Virus record (IMG/VR): IMGVR_UViG_3300037722_000992 | Span: 1-38,682 of that record | Strand: one strand, 5' to 3' | Origin: a virus | Taxonomy: Duplodnaviria; Caudoviricetes | DNA length: 38,682 bases | Shown here: positions 8,681 to 17,535 of the stretch, piece by piece | Layout of the letters: each line of letters begins with the position of its first letter | Numbering within the stretch: the first letter of the stretch is position 1 | Program-made: the position numbers and the translations under genes | The notes under the pieces: model-generated | Databases searched by the model: none | Told to the model about the DNA's origin: nothing | The model's input: only the letters and a program-made list of their open reading frames with translations

Positions 8681-9064
8681 ATGCCCTGGACTCCTCGATC
8701 GCCTACCGCCGCCCGATTTGTTGGCATTCGTATCGCGCAGGCCGTGCTGTCGCTGTGTGGAGGTGTGCTGCTCATTGTTGGCGTGTTCTCGTTTCTCTTG
8801 CTTCTGTTCCAACCACCATCTCTTTGGTTTCACCAGTCTCTCTTTGGGCTCGCCTGTGTGCTCACTTCCGGACCGTTCTTGGCGGCCCATGAGCTTCTGC
8901 AAATCGCAATCGAAGTCATCTCCAATCAGCAGCGACAAAACGAGTTGTTGGGTGATATCGAGGCCGAGCTTCGGCGGCACCACCTCTCCCTTGAAGCTCG
9001 AATGCGCAACACACCTAAACTCCGCACAGCATCCGGTTCCGGTGCAGCGACTCCTCGGGGGTGA
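8681..9064 (+). CDS. Antisense two-TM membrane protein (moron)
   Basis: Two hydrophobic segments followed by a coiled coil; fills the gap between chaperone and tape measure on the opposite strand. Confidence 0.6.
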   Translation: MPWTPRSPTAARFVGIRIAQAVLSLCGGVLLIVGVFSFLLLLFQPPSLWFHQSLFGLACVLTSGPFLAAHELLQIAIEVISNQQRQNELLGDIEAELRRHHLSLEARMRNTPKLRTASGSGAATPRG

Positions 9065-9370
9065 GGTATCGCGTACCCTTGGACGTTCCTTTCTTGCTCC
9101 GGCGGTAGTAGTCGCGAGCTTGCTTCACCGGCGGCACTTCTCCAGTCAAGTAAGCGTGGACCGGGGCGAGTGCGTTTTCGTGCGCCGCTGCAACCGTTCC
9201 CGCCTGCCTCCAATCGTCACCCCACGGTTCGATTTCATGCTCGGCGATCCACTCGAAGAATTGCCGCGGCTCGATCTGGCTCAACATGCCGTCCACGTCG
9301 AGCGTGTGCGCCACGGTCCGCGCTAATTTGATGGCGAATCGTCGCTCGGGGTTGCGCTTGAGTTTTTTTT
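9015..9370 (-). CDS. Tail assembly chaperone -1 frameshift extension (gpT-like)
   Basis: -1 frame opening at A8C; contains FFEWIAEHEIEPWGDDWRQAG, typical of gpGT C-terminal parts. Confidence 0.8.
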
Positions 9371-9727
9371 GACGCTCTCCACCGTCTCGGTGAGCCCCCA
9401 ATGGCGCTGGATGGCTGCCGAGAGTCGATTGACGATCCCCGCGTCGCGGCGCATCAACGAGGCAACATGCTCTTCGGAGAGCAGTAGCTTGCCGTCTGCG
9501 TCGACCACTGCAAACACGATGAATCGGCAGTCCATTTCGGACGATGCGCGGACCCGGTCCGACTCACGTTCGGCTGAGAGCGAGCGGGCAATCTCTTGTC
9601 GCTCCGACTCGAAAATCGACCGGAGCCGCACGTTCCCCAGCCCAGCGATGGGCTCGACGACGTACCGACGTTCCTCATCGCGAATCAGCTCCGCCAATCC
9701 GACCAGTGCGCTATTCTTCGTCGTCAT
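9323..9727 (-). CDS. Tail assembly chaperone (gpG-like)
   Basis: VRLRSI...ER...AVVDADGKLL pattern; ends VKKNS over the slippery site. Confidence 0.8.
   Translation of the reverse strand: MTTKNSALVGLAELIRDEERRYVVEPIAGLGNVRLRSIFESERQEIARSLSAERESDRVRASSEMDCRFIVFAVVDADGKLLLSEEHVASLMRRDAGIVNRLSAAIQRHWGLTETVESVKKNSSATPSDDSPSN
9362..9370 (-). other. Programmed -1 ribosomal frameshift site AAAAAAAAC
   Basis: GTC AAA AAA AAC in frame 0; the -1 frame stays open to 9015. Confidence 0.82.
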
Positions 9728-10091
9728 CGTCGTCCTCTCTCGCCCGCTGCGTGCGCTGAGCATCGGCGATCAGCTCGGGCGTGACGCCATCCGGGTAGCG
9801 CCCCGCTTCGCCAGGTACGCCGAAAAATCCGTCCTTCTCCCGAATCGACTTGATGACATCGAGCGTCTCCTGGACGCGGTCGGGCGCCATCTTGGGGACC
9901 AGCGGGCAGAACGGCGCGCCGTTGTGACGGCCGACATAGCCGATCCGCTCGCCGCAATGGAGCACTTGATCCATGTCGGTCGGGATCGTGATAATCCGAT
10001 TGCTACGTTTGTTCTTTCGCTGTCCGACGAGCTGGCGCAATTCATAGTCGCCATGCGTTCGCGAAGGCGATTCCTTTGTCTCGATCATCAA
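9711..10091 (-). CDS. Hypothetical protein between tail tube and chaperone
   Basis: AAGGAG RBS, 126 aa, acidic tail, overlaps the chaperone start. Confidence 0.7.
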   Translation of the reverse strand: MMIETKESPSRTHGDYELRQLVGQRKNKRSNRIITIPTDMDQVLHCGERIGYVGRHNGAPFCPLVPKMAPDRVQETLDVIKSIREKDGFFGVPGEAGRYPDGVTPELIADAQRTQRAREDDDDDEE

Positions 10092-10105
10092 TCACACTCT
10101 CCTTA

Positions 10106-10495
10106 TTATGGTGCAGCTGCAAGAACCGGCTCGCCAGACCACTTTACGGTCACGTTGGCCATCATCACTTCGTTAGTAATCGCGCTGCCTTCCTCGTAAC
10201 CGGTGATAAAACCGGTGCGAGTGACCGTCTCGCCGCCGGGGTAGGTCTTGATGATGGTTTCTGCTGCTCCGTCGATTGGCGGTAGCGCCGCCGTGTTGAA
10301 AAAGAACGTGTATTGGCTCTCGCCCGGATCAACCGTGTCGCCGGGGATGAACGTGTCCCAATCATCGGTGAGCAAGTCAGTTGTTGGCAAAGACGGCCGG
10401 CTCATACTGGCGCCGCCTAATTCGGTGAACGCAGCCGTAAAGCTGCTGGTTCCGAAGGAAATAGTCGAGAGATGCCCGGATATTTTGGAAGCCAT
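10106..10495 (-). CDS. Major tail tube protein
   Basis: TFIPGDTVDPGE and GFIT...VTVKWSGEP tube motifs; position after tail terminator. Confidence 0.82.
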   Translation of the reverse strand: MASKISGHLSTISFGTSSFTAAFTELGGASMSRPSLPTTDLLTDDWDTFIPGDTVDPGESQYTFFFNTAALPPIDGAAETIIKTYPGGETVTRTGFITGYEEGSAITNEVMMANVTVKWSGEPVLAAAP

Positions 10496-10498
10496 GTG

Positions 10499-10930
10499 TT
10501 ACTCCAATGGATCGGCGTGGATGATGTCGACGTCGACACTCGCCCGCCGCAAGTAGTTGTCGCTGCCGTCCTGGGGTCGCATGCCCAGGTTCGGATCGAA
10601 TCGAGTCACGATGGCCGATTGAACTTCGAGACCATTCGTCACGAACGTCCCGCTGAATCCGCTGAGTAGTGACCGCACGCGAATAGCCAGCTGCTTGACG
10701 AGAACCAGACCGTCCGGCCCGTCGTTCCAAAAGTCGAGTTGCACGTCGGTTTTGCTAACGCCCGTCTCGCCCTGTAGGTCATGCAACTGCTCGGTGTACA
10801 GTTCGCTGAGGATCCCGTAGGGCATCTTGTTCGACTGCTGGCCGCGGCCGATGTCGAGGCGATTGTCGAGCTTCTGCGCAATGAATGCGTCGCTGCGGAG
10901 GAAGCGGCAGAATTCTTCGAGGATCGACAT
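10499..10930 (-). CDS. Tail terminator / completion protein (DUF3168-like)
   Basis: PY...VQLDFW...VRSLLSG pattern and position. Confidence 0.72.
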   Translation of the reverse strand: MSILEEFCRFLRSDAFIAQKLDNRLDIGRGQQSNKMPYGILSELYTEQLHDLQGETGVSKTDVQLDFWNDGPDGLVLVKQLAIRVRSLLSGFSGTFVTNGLEVQSAIVTRFDPNLGMRPQDGSDNYLRRASVDVDIIHADPLE

Positions 10931-10933
10931 TTT

Positions 10934-11539
10934 CTATTCAACCAAAGTGCCTGCTGAACGAGCGGCATCAATGTCCGCACGTGAAGCAAATCCGCCGGCC
11001 ACTCTCTGGAATCGTCCACTAGCGTCCCGAAACACCGTCGCGCCAGACGACTTGGCCTTTGCTCTTAGTGCCACCATTCCTATTGCGGTTCGCAAATGCT
11101 GCCTAAAGGCCGCAAGGGCTTGCGTCTTGTTTCCCTTGAGCGCCTTTCGCAACGGTGCCACCGTTTCGATGCCCGTTTCCGGGTCGCCGAATTCCAGCAT
11201 CGCCGGGTAAAACGCTTCTTCCTTTCGCTTCTTGTCGTAGCCAATCTCGCCGCCGCGTTCTTCGCGGGTGGCGATGACCTTGTTGCGGTCCATGTACAGT
11301 TCGTGACCGTAGCGAACCCGGCTCCGCTCGACGGCCTTGACGCGAACGGTTTCACGCATCGCGCCGGTATCTTCGTAGCCCGACGCCCGCACGATCTTCC
11401 GGTAGGCGGGAATCGTGTAGTTCTTGATCGTCTCCCTGGTCGCCTTGCGAACTGCCTTGCGGACTTCGTTGTCGGGGAAGGTCCGCAGGATCAAATCCAG
11501 CTCCTTGTCTCCAGTGACAAACGCCGCTCGCTTGGCCAT
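10934..11539 (-). CDS. HK97 gp10-like neck protein
   Basis: VTGDKEL...DTGAMR...FYPAMLEFG...PLRKAL. Confidence 0.75.
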   Translation of the reverse strand: MAKRAAFVTGDKELDLILRTFPDNEVRKAVRKATRETIKNYTIPAYRKIVRASGYEDTGAMRETVRVKAVERSRVRYGHELYMDRNKVIATREERGGEIGYDKKRKEEAFYPAMLEFGDPETGIETVAPLRKALKGNKTQALAAFRQHLRTAIGMVALRAKAKSSGATVFRDASGRFQRVAGGFASRADIDAARSAGTLVE

Positions 11540-11889
11540 TACGTTCGCTCGATCACCATCAATTCCAGCTCCCGATCCATCTCGCCGACGTTGATGACCG
11601 ACACAACGTGGAAGATGCGAAAATTGTCGTCGTGGTCGGGCTCCAAGGGTTTGGGTTTTTTGTATTTGGCGATCTTCAGTCGACCCTTAGTCGTCACTCC
11701 GTCACGCCAGTGCGTGCAAACCTTGTGGCTCACCACCGCCTGCAGCTTCTGGGCTTCGATGTATTCGCTTCCTCGCAGCGGCTCCAATCCGATGAACGCT
11801 TGAAACGCTTGCTGCCACTGGCCGCCAGTTCCTGTGACGTCGTCGATCGGGGTTCGTCGCTCAAAAATCGCTCGCTTGTGGTACTTCAC
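11539..11889 (-). CDS. Head closure / head-tail adaptor (SPP1 gp16-like)
   Basis: GTGA overlap start; IGLEPLRGSEYIEAQ...ELELMVIE. Confidence 0.8.
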   Translation of the reverse strand: MKYHKRAIFERRTPIDDVTGTGGQWQQAFQAFIGLEPLRGSEYIEAQKLQAVVSHKVCTHWRDGVTTKGRLKIAKYKKPKPLEPDHDDNFRIFHVVSVINVGEMDRELELMVIERT

Positions 11890-12455
11890 GCATAGACCGT
11901 CCATTCCACGGTCGACAGCAAACGGTCGGCGCACTTCGCCGCCGCCATCAACTCCTTTTCCGAACCGAGTCCATAGAACTCTGTCAGCTTCTGCTTGATC
12001 GCTTGCTTGGCGGTACTGGGCACCGCGTCGGCCGATGCGTAGCCGGTCGTCAACGCAATTCGCCAGGCGTCCTCGCGATCCGCCGTGGCGGGCAGATCGA
12101 TGCCCGACGCCAGCCGCAACACGCCTGCGCCTTCTGTCGACAGCTCCACGTAGTAGTTCGCAGGGTCAAGTGTCTGCTCGTCGCCGGCTGCGTCGAGATA
12201 CTTCACCGAGTCGACGGAGATCAGCGGCGGCCAAGGAAACTCAACGCAAATTGGGAGCGACTCAAGCGTCATCAGCCGCTCAACACCCACTCGCAACGTT
12301 CGCTGTGTCGCCCGTTCGCAGTAGTCGCGGGCCGATGCAATTAACTCAACAATCTCGCCGTCGAGGTCGCTATCCAGCCGTCGCAAGTGGCGCTTGGCTT
12401 CGTCCAGACTGATCGGTTCCGAAGCCGGCTCGGAGGCAATGGTGAGGGCAGCCAT
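11886..12455 (-). CDS. Head-tail connector (HK97 gp6 / phiE125 gp8-like)
   Basis: PASEPISLDEAKRHLR...IASARDYCE...PPLISVDSVKY. Confidence 0.88.
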   Translation of the reverse strand: MAALTIASEPASEPISLDEAKRHLRRLDSDLDGEIVELIASARDYCERATQRTLRVGVERLMTLESLPICVEFPWPPLISVDSVKYLDAAGDEQTLDPANYYVELSTEGAGVLRLASGIDLPATADREDAWRIALTTGYASADAVPSTAKQAIKQKLTEFYGLGSEKELMAAAKCADRLLSTVEWTVYA

Positions 12456-12464
12456 CGCTCATCC

Positions 12465-12956
12465 TTATGCCGTGCCCTGGACAGCCAAGCCAAGGTCTTC
12501 GCCAACGACTGCGGCAGTACCTTCGCCGACCGTGCTGGTGCCGGCGCCATGGGTGACAGGCCGATCTTTTGAATGGTACAGAATCGCGAACGCACACTCG
12601 TCGCCGGCGTTGGTCGCGTCCTTATTGACGTTGAGTTGGTAGAATCGCTTTTCTGGAATGAAATCGATGTACCTGATTTTGTTGTCGTCGGTCCCCGCGA
12701 CGACCTGGGAAGAACCGAGTACGTCCTCCCCGCTATCGAGCGTGGTTTCATTCGTCTCTACGTCGGAGCTTTGCAGAAAAATGTTCTGCGTCGCGCTGTT
12801 GTGGACGGTCAGAAACTTCACGGCAATGAGGCACCGACCGAACCCGGCCGTGTCGATGACGTCCGACGTGCGATCGGTGGCAGCGACTGTCTGCAAACCA
12901 TCCAGGATTGATACGAACTTGCAGTCCTCAGAAAGAACGCCAAGTGGAGAAATCAT
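12465..12956 (-). CDS. Putative capsid decoration / cement protein
   Basis: Immediately downstream of capsid, AGGAG RBS, beta-rich 163 aa. Confidence 0.55.
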   Translation of the reverse strand: MISPLGVLSEDCKFVSILDGLQTVAATDRTSDVIDTAGFGRCLIAVKFLTVHNSATQNIFLQSSDVETNETTLDSGEDVLGSSQVVAGTDDNKIRYIDFIPEKRFYQLNVNKDATNAGDECAFAILYHSKDRPVTHGAGTSTVGEGTAAVVGEDLGLAVQGTA

Positions 12957-12988
12957 CTTATTGCTCCTGTGAATGTTCGGTATTGTTA

Positions 12989-14395
12989 TCAGGCGGCGGT
13001 CTTGAGCCCGATGTAGGCGCCTGCGGCCGATGCCGTGCCAGGCTCATAGATTTTGAAGTCGTAGCGAGCGGTCGCCTTCAGGGTGACGACGTCTCGCAAG
13101 AAACCGACCGAATCGTCGCGTGCGATGCGCAATCCCATGCGGTCGCCAAGAATCGCCCCCATGCTGAAGTCACCAAAGAAAGCGGCAACCGTTGCTGCCG
13201 CCGTCGTCGTCGGCATGAAGTGCGAGAAGTAGACCGGATAACCCAAAAAGTTGCGCTGGCCGCTGTCGCCCACCTGCAAGTTTTGAATATTGTTTCCGGC
13301 GGCTGCCGCCTGGATCCTCAGCAGCACGTTCCAATAGAACGCACGGCTGCAAATAATCGACGGCATGCGGTCGAAGCGGTCTGGCAATAATCCGAGCCAG
13401 CCGGTCACGTCGGCGATGTCGATCTCCGCCCACGTATCGTGGCCGGTAGCCGCCGTGCTCACGCCACCAGCAGCCAGGCGATCCTTCAGGCCTCGGACGT
13501 TACCATAGGTCGACGTGCCATCACCGTTGATGAACTCTTCGTCTTCCTTTAGCGCCAGGGCGTAACCCATCTCGCTGAACGCATTGTCGGCGATCGACAC
13601 CAAGGCATCGTCGATCAGCTCCTGCGAAATCTCGCCAGCGCAGGCACGCTTGCGGCTGATCGTCTCAACCTGAGACTTCGTCATGTCGCTGGTGGTTATG
13701 GAGTTGGCTTCGCCGGGATAGTAGACGGTGTAGCCGCTACCGCGCTTCGGAAACGTCATCGTGTCCGAGGTCATCTGCTGGACGTCGCAGACGCGCCGCG
13801 CGATGCCAACCTGTTCGCGCACGTCGATGATCGTTGCTGCAATCGGCGCAGGCACCAAGTAGCCTCCCGACGAGCCGGTCTCCGTCGTGGCGGCGTTGGT
13901 AACTTCCCAGCCGAGCCGGTGGCAGTGGGCTGCGGCGCTCTTGTCGTCGCGGTTGTATTCGCGCGCGAGGACCGAACGAAGCCACATGCCGGCGTTGAAG
14001 GCGTCCTTCTCGCTCGCGAAAGCCTTCAGCTTGGACGCTTTGAGATAGATTCCTTGCGAGCTCGGCTGACGATCTTCCGGAAGCTCTCCGTTGCGCGGTA
14101 GCACCAGCGGCTGGCGCAACTGCGGATTGTTAAGATCGCCTTCGATACCTTCGAGGGCCTTGAGCCGATTCTCGCGAAGCGACACCTCCTTGATTGCCTG
14201 CTCGCGATCTTCTGCTTCGGAGAGCTGCTTTTGGAGCACCGCGATCTCGCCTGTCTTCTTTTCGGTGATTGCGTCGAAACGCTTGGCCTCTTCGTCCGTC
14301 ATTTCGCGGTTGGCACGATTGGCGGCCTCAAAGATGCCCTTGGCCTCGAAACGAAGTTGGTCGATCTCTTCGGTGAGAACTTTGACAGTTTTCAT
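12989..14395 (-). CDS. Major capsid protein (HK97 fold) with N-terminal coiled-coil delta domain
   Basis: SSGGYLVP, ISQELIDD, FINGDGT, FLGYPV, FFGDFS and TARYD motifs; GAGGT RBS before ATG 14395. Confidence 0.95.
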   Translation of the reverse strand: MKTVKVLTEEIDQLRFEAKGIFEAANRANREMTDEEAKRFDAITEKKTGEIAVLQKQLSEAEDREQAIKEVSLRENRLKALEGIEGDLNNPQLRQPLVLPRNGELPEDRQPSSQGIYLKASKLKAFASEKDAFNAGMWLRSVLAREYNRDDKSAAAHCHRLGWEVTNAATTETGSSGGYLVPAPIAATIIDVREQVGIARRVCDVQQMTSDTMTFPKRGSGYTVYYPGEANSITTSDMTKSQVETISRKRACAGEISQELIDDALVSIADNAFSEMGYALALKEDEEFINGDGTSTYGNVRGLKDRLAAGGVSTAATGHDTWAEIDIADVTGWLGLLPDRFDRMPSIICSRAFYWNVLLRIQAAAAGNNIQNLQVGDSGQRNFLGYPVYFSHFMPTTTAAATVAAFFGDFSMGAILGDRMGLRIARDDSVGFLRDVVTLKATARYDFKIYEPGTASAAGAYIGLKTAA

Positions 14396-14400
14396 CCCAT

Positions 14401-14640
14401 ACCTCGCGGCTGTGGCGCGCCAACGAGGTAAAGCGCAAAAGAAACGGCGCGGCCCGCTGGCACACCGTTTTTGATTTGGTGTGCGAGCGAGCCGCGCCGC
14501 TGTGATAGCGAGTTGACTCACTGTCGATCGTTCCTGCCGCTAATGGCTAGCCGCGCAGGGACGATGAGAATGTGATTTGTGTGATTTGAGACTAGCCGAT
14601 TTTAGGATGCTTGTGCGCGGGTTTTTGTGGTATCGTACCA
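14401..14640 (-). promoter_or_regulatory. Putative activator-dependent capsid promoter and structured 5' leader
   Basis: TAAAAT at 14604-14599 with no -35; GTGGTA-N3-TACCAC dyad at about 14626-14641; three hairpins in the leader. Confidence 0.5.
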
Positions 14641-14641
14641 C

Positions 14642-14806
14642 TTAGCCAGCCGCAGCAGTCCGGCCGCGCCGACGCCACACGTTGGACGCCGGCACGACGC
14701 GGGTCGTCGAATAACCGCAACTGCACTTGAGGTACTGCTGCTGCGACTCTCCGACCCGCTTGGAGGTGCGGACGGGGATCAGTTGCTTGCACTTCGGACA
14801 GTTCAA
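14642..14806 (-). CDS. Ogr/Delta-like zinc-ribbon protein (54 aa, absent from ORF track)
   Basis: MNCPKCKQLIPVRTSKRVGESQQQYLKCSCGYSTTRVV...; TTG start overlaps the upstream TGA. Confidence 0.72.
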   Translation of the reverse strand: MNCPKCKQLIPVRTSKRVGESQQQYLKCSCGYSTTRVVPASNVWRRRGRTAAAG

Positions 14807-15096
14807 CTCGCATCCTCCGTATCTTGCTCGTCCTCCCCTGGTTCATCGGTAAGCGTCGGCACAAACCGCTCCTGAACGGACGCCACGACCTCCGGCTCCG
14901 GCTCCGTCTTCGGATTCCAGGACTTCTTGTCTTTTGGTCGGCAGATGACCTTGGCGCGCCTTTCCGCGACGACATGAGCCAGCTTCTCGACCACCAGCGT
15001 GCCGCCTTCGACCTCGATCAGATCGCCAGGCCGAGGCTCGCAAGCGAATTCATGTTTTTTCAAACTCTCGTCACCAACCATCACTTCACATCGCAT
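14803..15096 (-). CDS. Hypothetical protein (97 aa)
   Basis: Overlaps protease end; PRPGDLIEV motif, acidic tail. Confidence 0.65.
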   Translation of the reverse strand: MRCEVMVGDESLKKHEFACEPRPGDLIEVEGGTLVVEKLAHVVAERRAKVICRPKDKKSWNPKTEPEPEVVASVQERFVPTLTDEPGEDEQDTEDAS

Positions 15097-15800
15097 GGTT
15101 CTTCTTCCTCCGTTTTCTCGGGTTCTTTTTCATCGAATAGCTCATTGACCACCTGTTCGGCCGCCATGAGCTTGGGAAACTGCGACTTGTCGGGGGGCAC
15201 TGCTTTCAAAATCGCCTCCGGCACGTTCTGATATTTGAACTTCGACAGGTCGCCGTAGGCAGCCGCCAGCATCGTGTCGACCACTTCATCGACCAGCCCG
15301 GCCGCGAGCGCATCCTCGGCAGTGAACCACGTCTCCGCTTTGAGGGCGTCGACCAGCTCTTTCTCGGTTCCTTGCCAGCGACTCATGTAAATGGACGTTA
15401 TTTGCTTGTCCATCGTGGCCAAGCGGTCGGCTTCCTTGCGAAACTCCTCGGCAGTGCCGTGTCCACCGCTACGTGCGTTGTGAATCATCACCCAGGCGTT
15501 GGCTGCGATCTTGATCGTCGATCCAGCCATCATAATCAGCGATCCCGCACTGGCAGCGCGACCGTCGACGATCGTCGTCACTTTGCCGGACCATTGCTTG
15601 AGCTGACCGTAGATGTTGACGCCAGCAAAGAATTCTCCGCCAGGGGAGTCGATATGCACGTCCAACGGCGTCTTTGCGGTGACACCTTCGAGCGCAAGTC
15701 GGAATTCATTGGCCGAGATGCCCCCAAAGTATTCGCCAATCTCCGAATAGATGTAGATCGACGTGCTATTCGCCGCGTTCGTAACGGTGAGCTTTTCCAT
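15081..15800 (-). CDS. ClpP-type prohead protease
   Basis: IDSPGG, AASAGS (Ser), MIHN (His), ETWFTAEDA...GLVD. Confidence 0.93.
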   Translation of the reverse strand: MEKLTVTNAANSTSIYIYSEIGEYFGGISANEFRLALEGVTAKTPLDVHIDSPGGEFFAGVNIYGQLKQWSGKVTTIVDGRAASAGSLIMMAGSTIKIAANAWVMIHNARSGGHGTAEEFRKEADRLATMDKQITSIYMSRWQGTEKELVDALKAETWFTAEDALAAGLVDEVVDTMLAAAYGDLSKFKYQNVPEAILKAVPPDKSQFPKLMAAEQVVNELFDEKEPEKTEEEEPCDVK

Positions 15801-15816
15801 GATTATCTCCTGCCGC

Positions 15817-17535
15817 TCAAGCGGCTTCGGTGGGTTTGTGATTCATCCCCAGCGCAGTTGCCAACAAGCCCTGCGCGATAAGCGTATGGTCGTCGACACT
15901 CAGTAGTTCGATGGCCGCCGGCAATTGGTCCTTGGTGACGTTGGAACAGGCTTCCAACAGCTGCGCGTGGCGCGTTTTCGAGTAATTGGCCACCGCCAAG
16001 GCGACTCCGCGGGCGTCTAGTCCAGCAGCGCAGCTCGCGCGGATGCTCGACCCGACGATCGTGTCGCGGAGCGCGGAGATTTGGTTGTCGCCCTTGCCGT
16101 CGACTCCATAGAATTCATCAAGCCACTTCACGAAGTTTTTCGCGCTCGACGCCGCCTGCTTCAAGCTGATCGACTCCCGATCGAGAAAATGCAGCAGCCG
16201 GTCCATCAACAGCTCGCGGTGTGCTTGGTGAGCGTCCATAAGGCGGTTTTGAGGGGGTGTCTTCTCGGTTTCTGTGCTTTCAGCCGGCTTTGCGCCTGCC
16301 GGCTCTTCTTTGTCCTGTGGATTGATCGCCGGCGAACCAAACTTCTCACCGCCTTCATACGGAGGCATGCGGATCATGCGGCGCGCTTCGTTGCGGTTGA
16401 GAATCTCCGCTTTGACACCCATGTCGCCGACTCGCATCTTCGTCTCGATGTCCGGTGTCAAGAACGCATCCCAATCAAACACGAACCGATACCTGTCGCT
16501 TTTCCACTCCGCGTCGGTCAACAACTTGCGGCGGAACTCCTGATCCATCCGATTTGCCCACCGAGTGAGCGTCATCTGCTTGTAGACTTCGTTCTGCTCT
16601 TCGAGGTTGGCTTTGACGGAAGAATCTTCCAGGTAGCCAAGCTTGTGGGGCGGCAGATTGAGCAAGCTGGCCGCATCGATCTTGCCCATCTTCTTGGCTT
16701 CCACCCACTCGGAATCGACGTTCGACATCGACACGGGACTGAATTTCATCGCCTCCCACAGGACCGCCACCCGTCCAGCGTTATCGGCGCCACTATGCAG
16801 CCGCTCCCATTCGTCGCGCAAATTCTTCCGCGCATCGGGCGACAACTTGCCTGGATGCTCCAGCACGCCGCTCGGTCGCGCGCCGTTGGAAAATGTCTTG
16901 TTGCCGTGCTTGTCGATCGCCAATCCTTGTCCAATCGTATTTTTGGCGATTTGCCAGAGCGGATAGCCCCAAATTCCATCACCAGTGAGCCCCTGAATGT
17001 GAATCACCTCATCCGGACCGAAGATGTACTCCCGCCCTTGCGTCGGGCTGTTGTAGTGGTAGAGCATGATCTGCTGACCATCGAACTGGATCAGCTCGGG
17101 CCACAGGCAGTCGGGGCGCAACGGGATGATGTCAGACACCCGCGAACCTCGCCGCGGAGTCCAAGCAACGCCATTGCCCCAGATAAGCGCCCACTGAATC
17201 AGCGTTTCTATGAATACGTCGTTTCTTTGGAGCGCATTGGGGCGCACTCGCAACAACTGCCATGCGTTGTGCTCGCGCTGATCATAGAACTCATCCTTGA
17301 CCAGGCGAATCGGCACTTGCCCCAAGTCGCCTGCGATGATGTTGACGCCCTGCCAGAGCGGACAGTGCGTCAACGCAGTGTAGCCGTTGACCACGACTCC
17401 AGCGTCCGACCGTTGGTCACCGCTGGCCCAGTCGATGTACCAGGCCGCTGGGTTCGCAGCTCCGCTGGTCGGTCCCGTGTAGTTCGAGACTTCCATCGCG
17501 TCGCCGTTGGAGGTGCAAAGGTATTGGTTAATCAC
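15817..17535 (-). CDS. Portal protein (HK97 family) with C-terminal extension
   Basis: VNIIAGDLGQVP, LLRVRPN, WGNG, EVIHI, FSNGARPSGVL, NLPPHKLG and NRNEAR motifs. Confidence 0.95.
   Translation of the reverse strand: MINQYLCTSNGDAMEVSNYTGPTSGAANPAAWYIDWASGDQRSDAGVVVNGYTALTHCPLWQGVNIIAGDLGQVPIRLVKDEFYDQREHNAWQLLRVRPNALQRNDVFIETLIQWALIWGNGVAWTPRRGSRVSDIIPLRPDCLWPELIQFDGQQIMLYHYNSPTQGREYIFGPDEVIHIQGLTGDGIWGYPLWQIAKNTIGQGLAIDKHGNKTFSNGARPSGVLEHPGKLSPDARKNLRDEWERLHSGADNAGRVAVLWEAMKFSPVSMSNVDSEWVEAKKMGKIDAASLLNLPPHKLGYLEDSSVKANLEEQNEVYKQMTLTRWANRMDQEFRRKLLTDAEWKSDRYRFVFDWDAFLTPDIETKMRVGDMGVKAEILNRNEARRMIRMPPYEGGEKFGSPAINPQDKEEPAGAKPAESTETEKTPPQNRLMDAHQAHRELLMDRLLHFLDRESISLKQAASSAKNFVKWLDEFYGVDGKGDNQISALRDTIVGSSIRASCAAGLDARGVALAVANYSKTRHAQLLEACSNVTKDQLPAAIELLSVDDHTLIAQGLLATALGMNHKPTEAA

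Noticed and set aside
14396-14521. N-terminal extension of the capsid ORF given by the ORF track
   Set aside because: RBS GAGGT supports ATG 14395; the upstream part is a hairpin-rich leader
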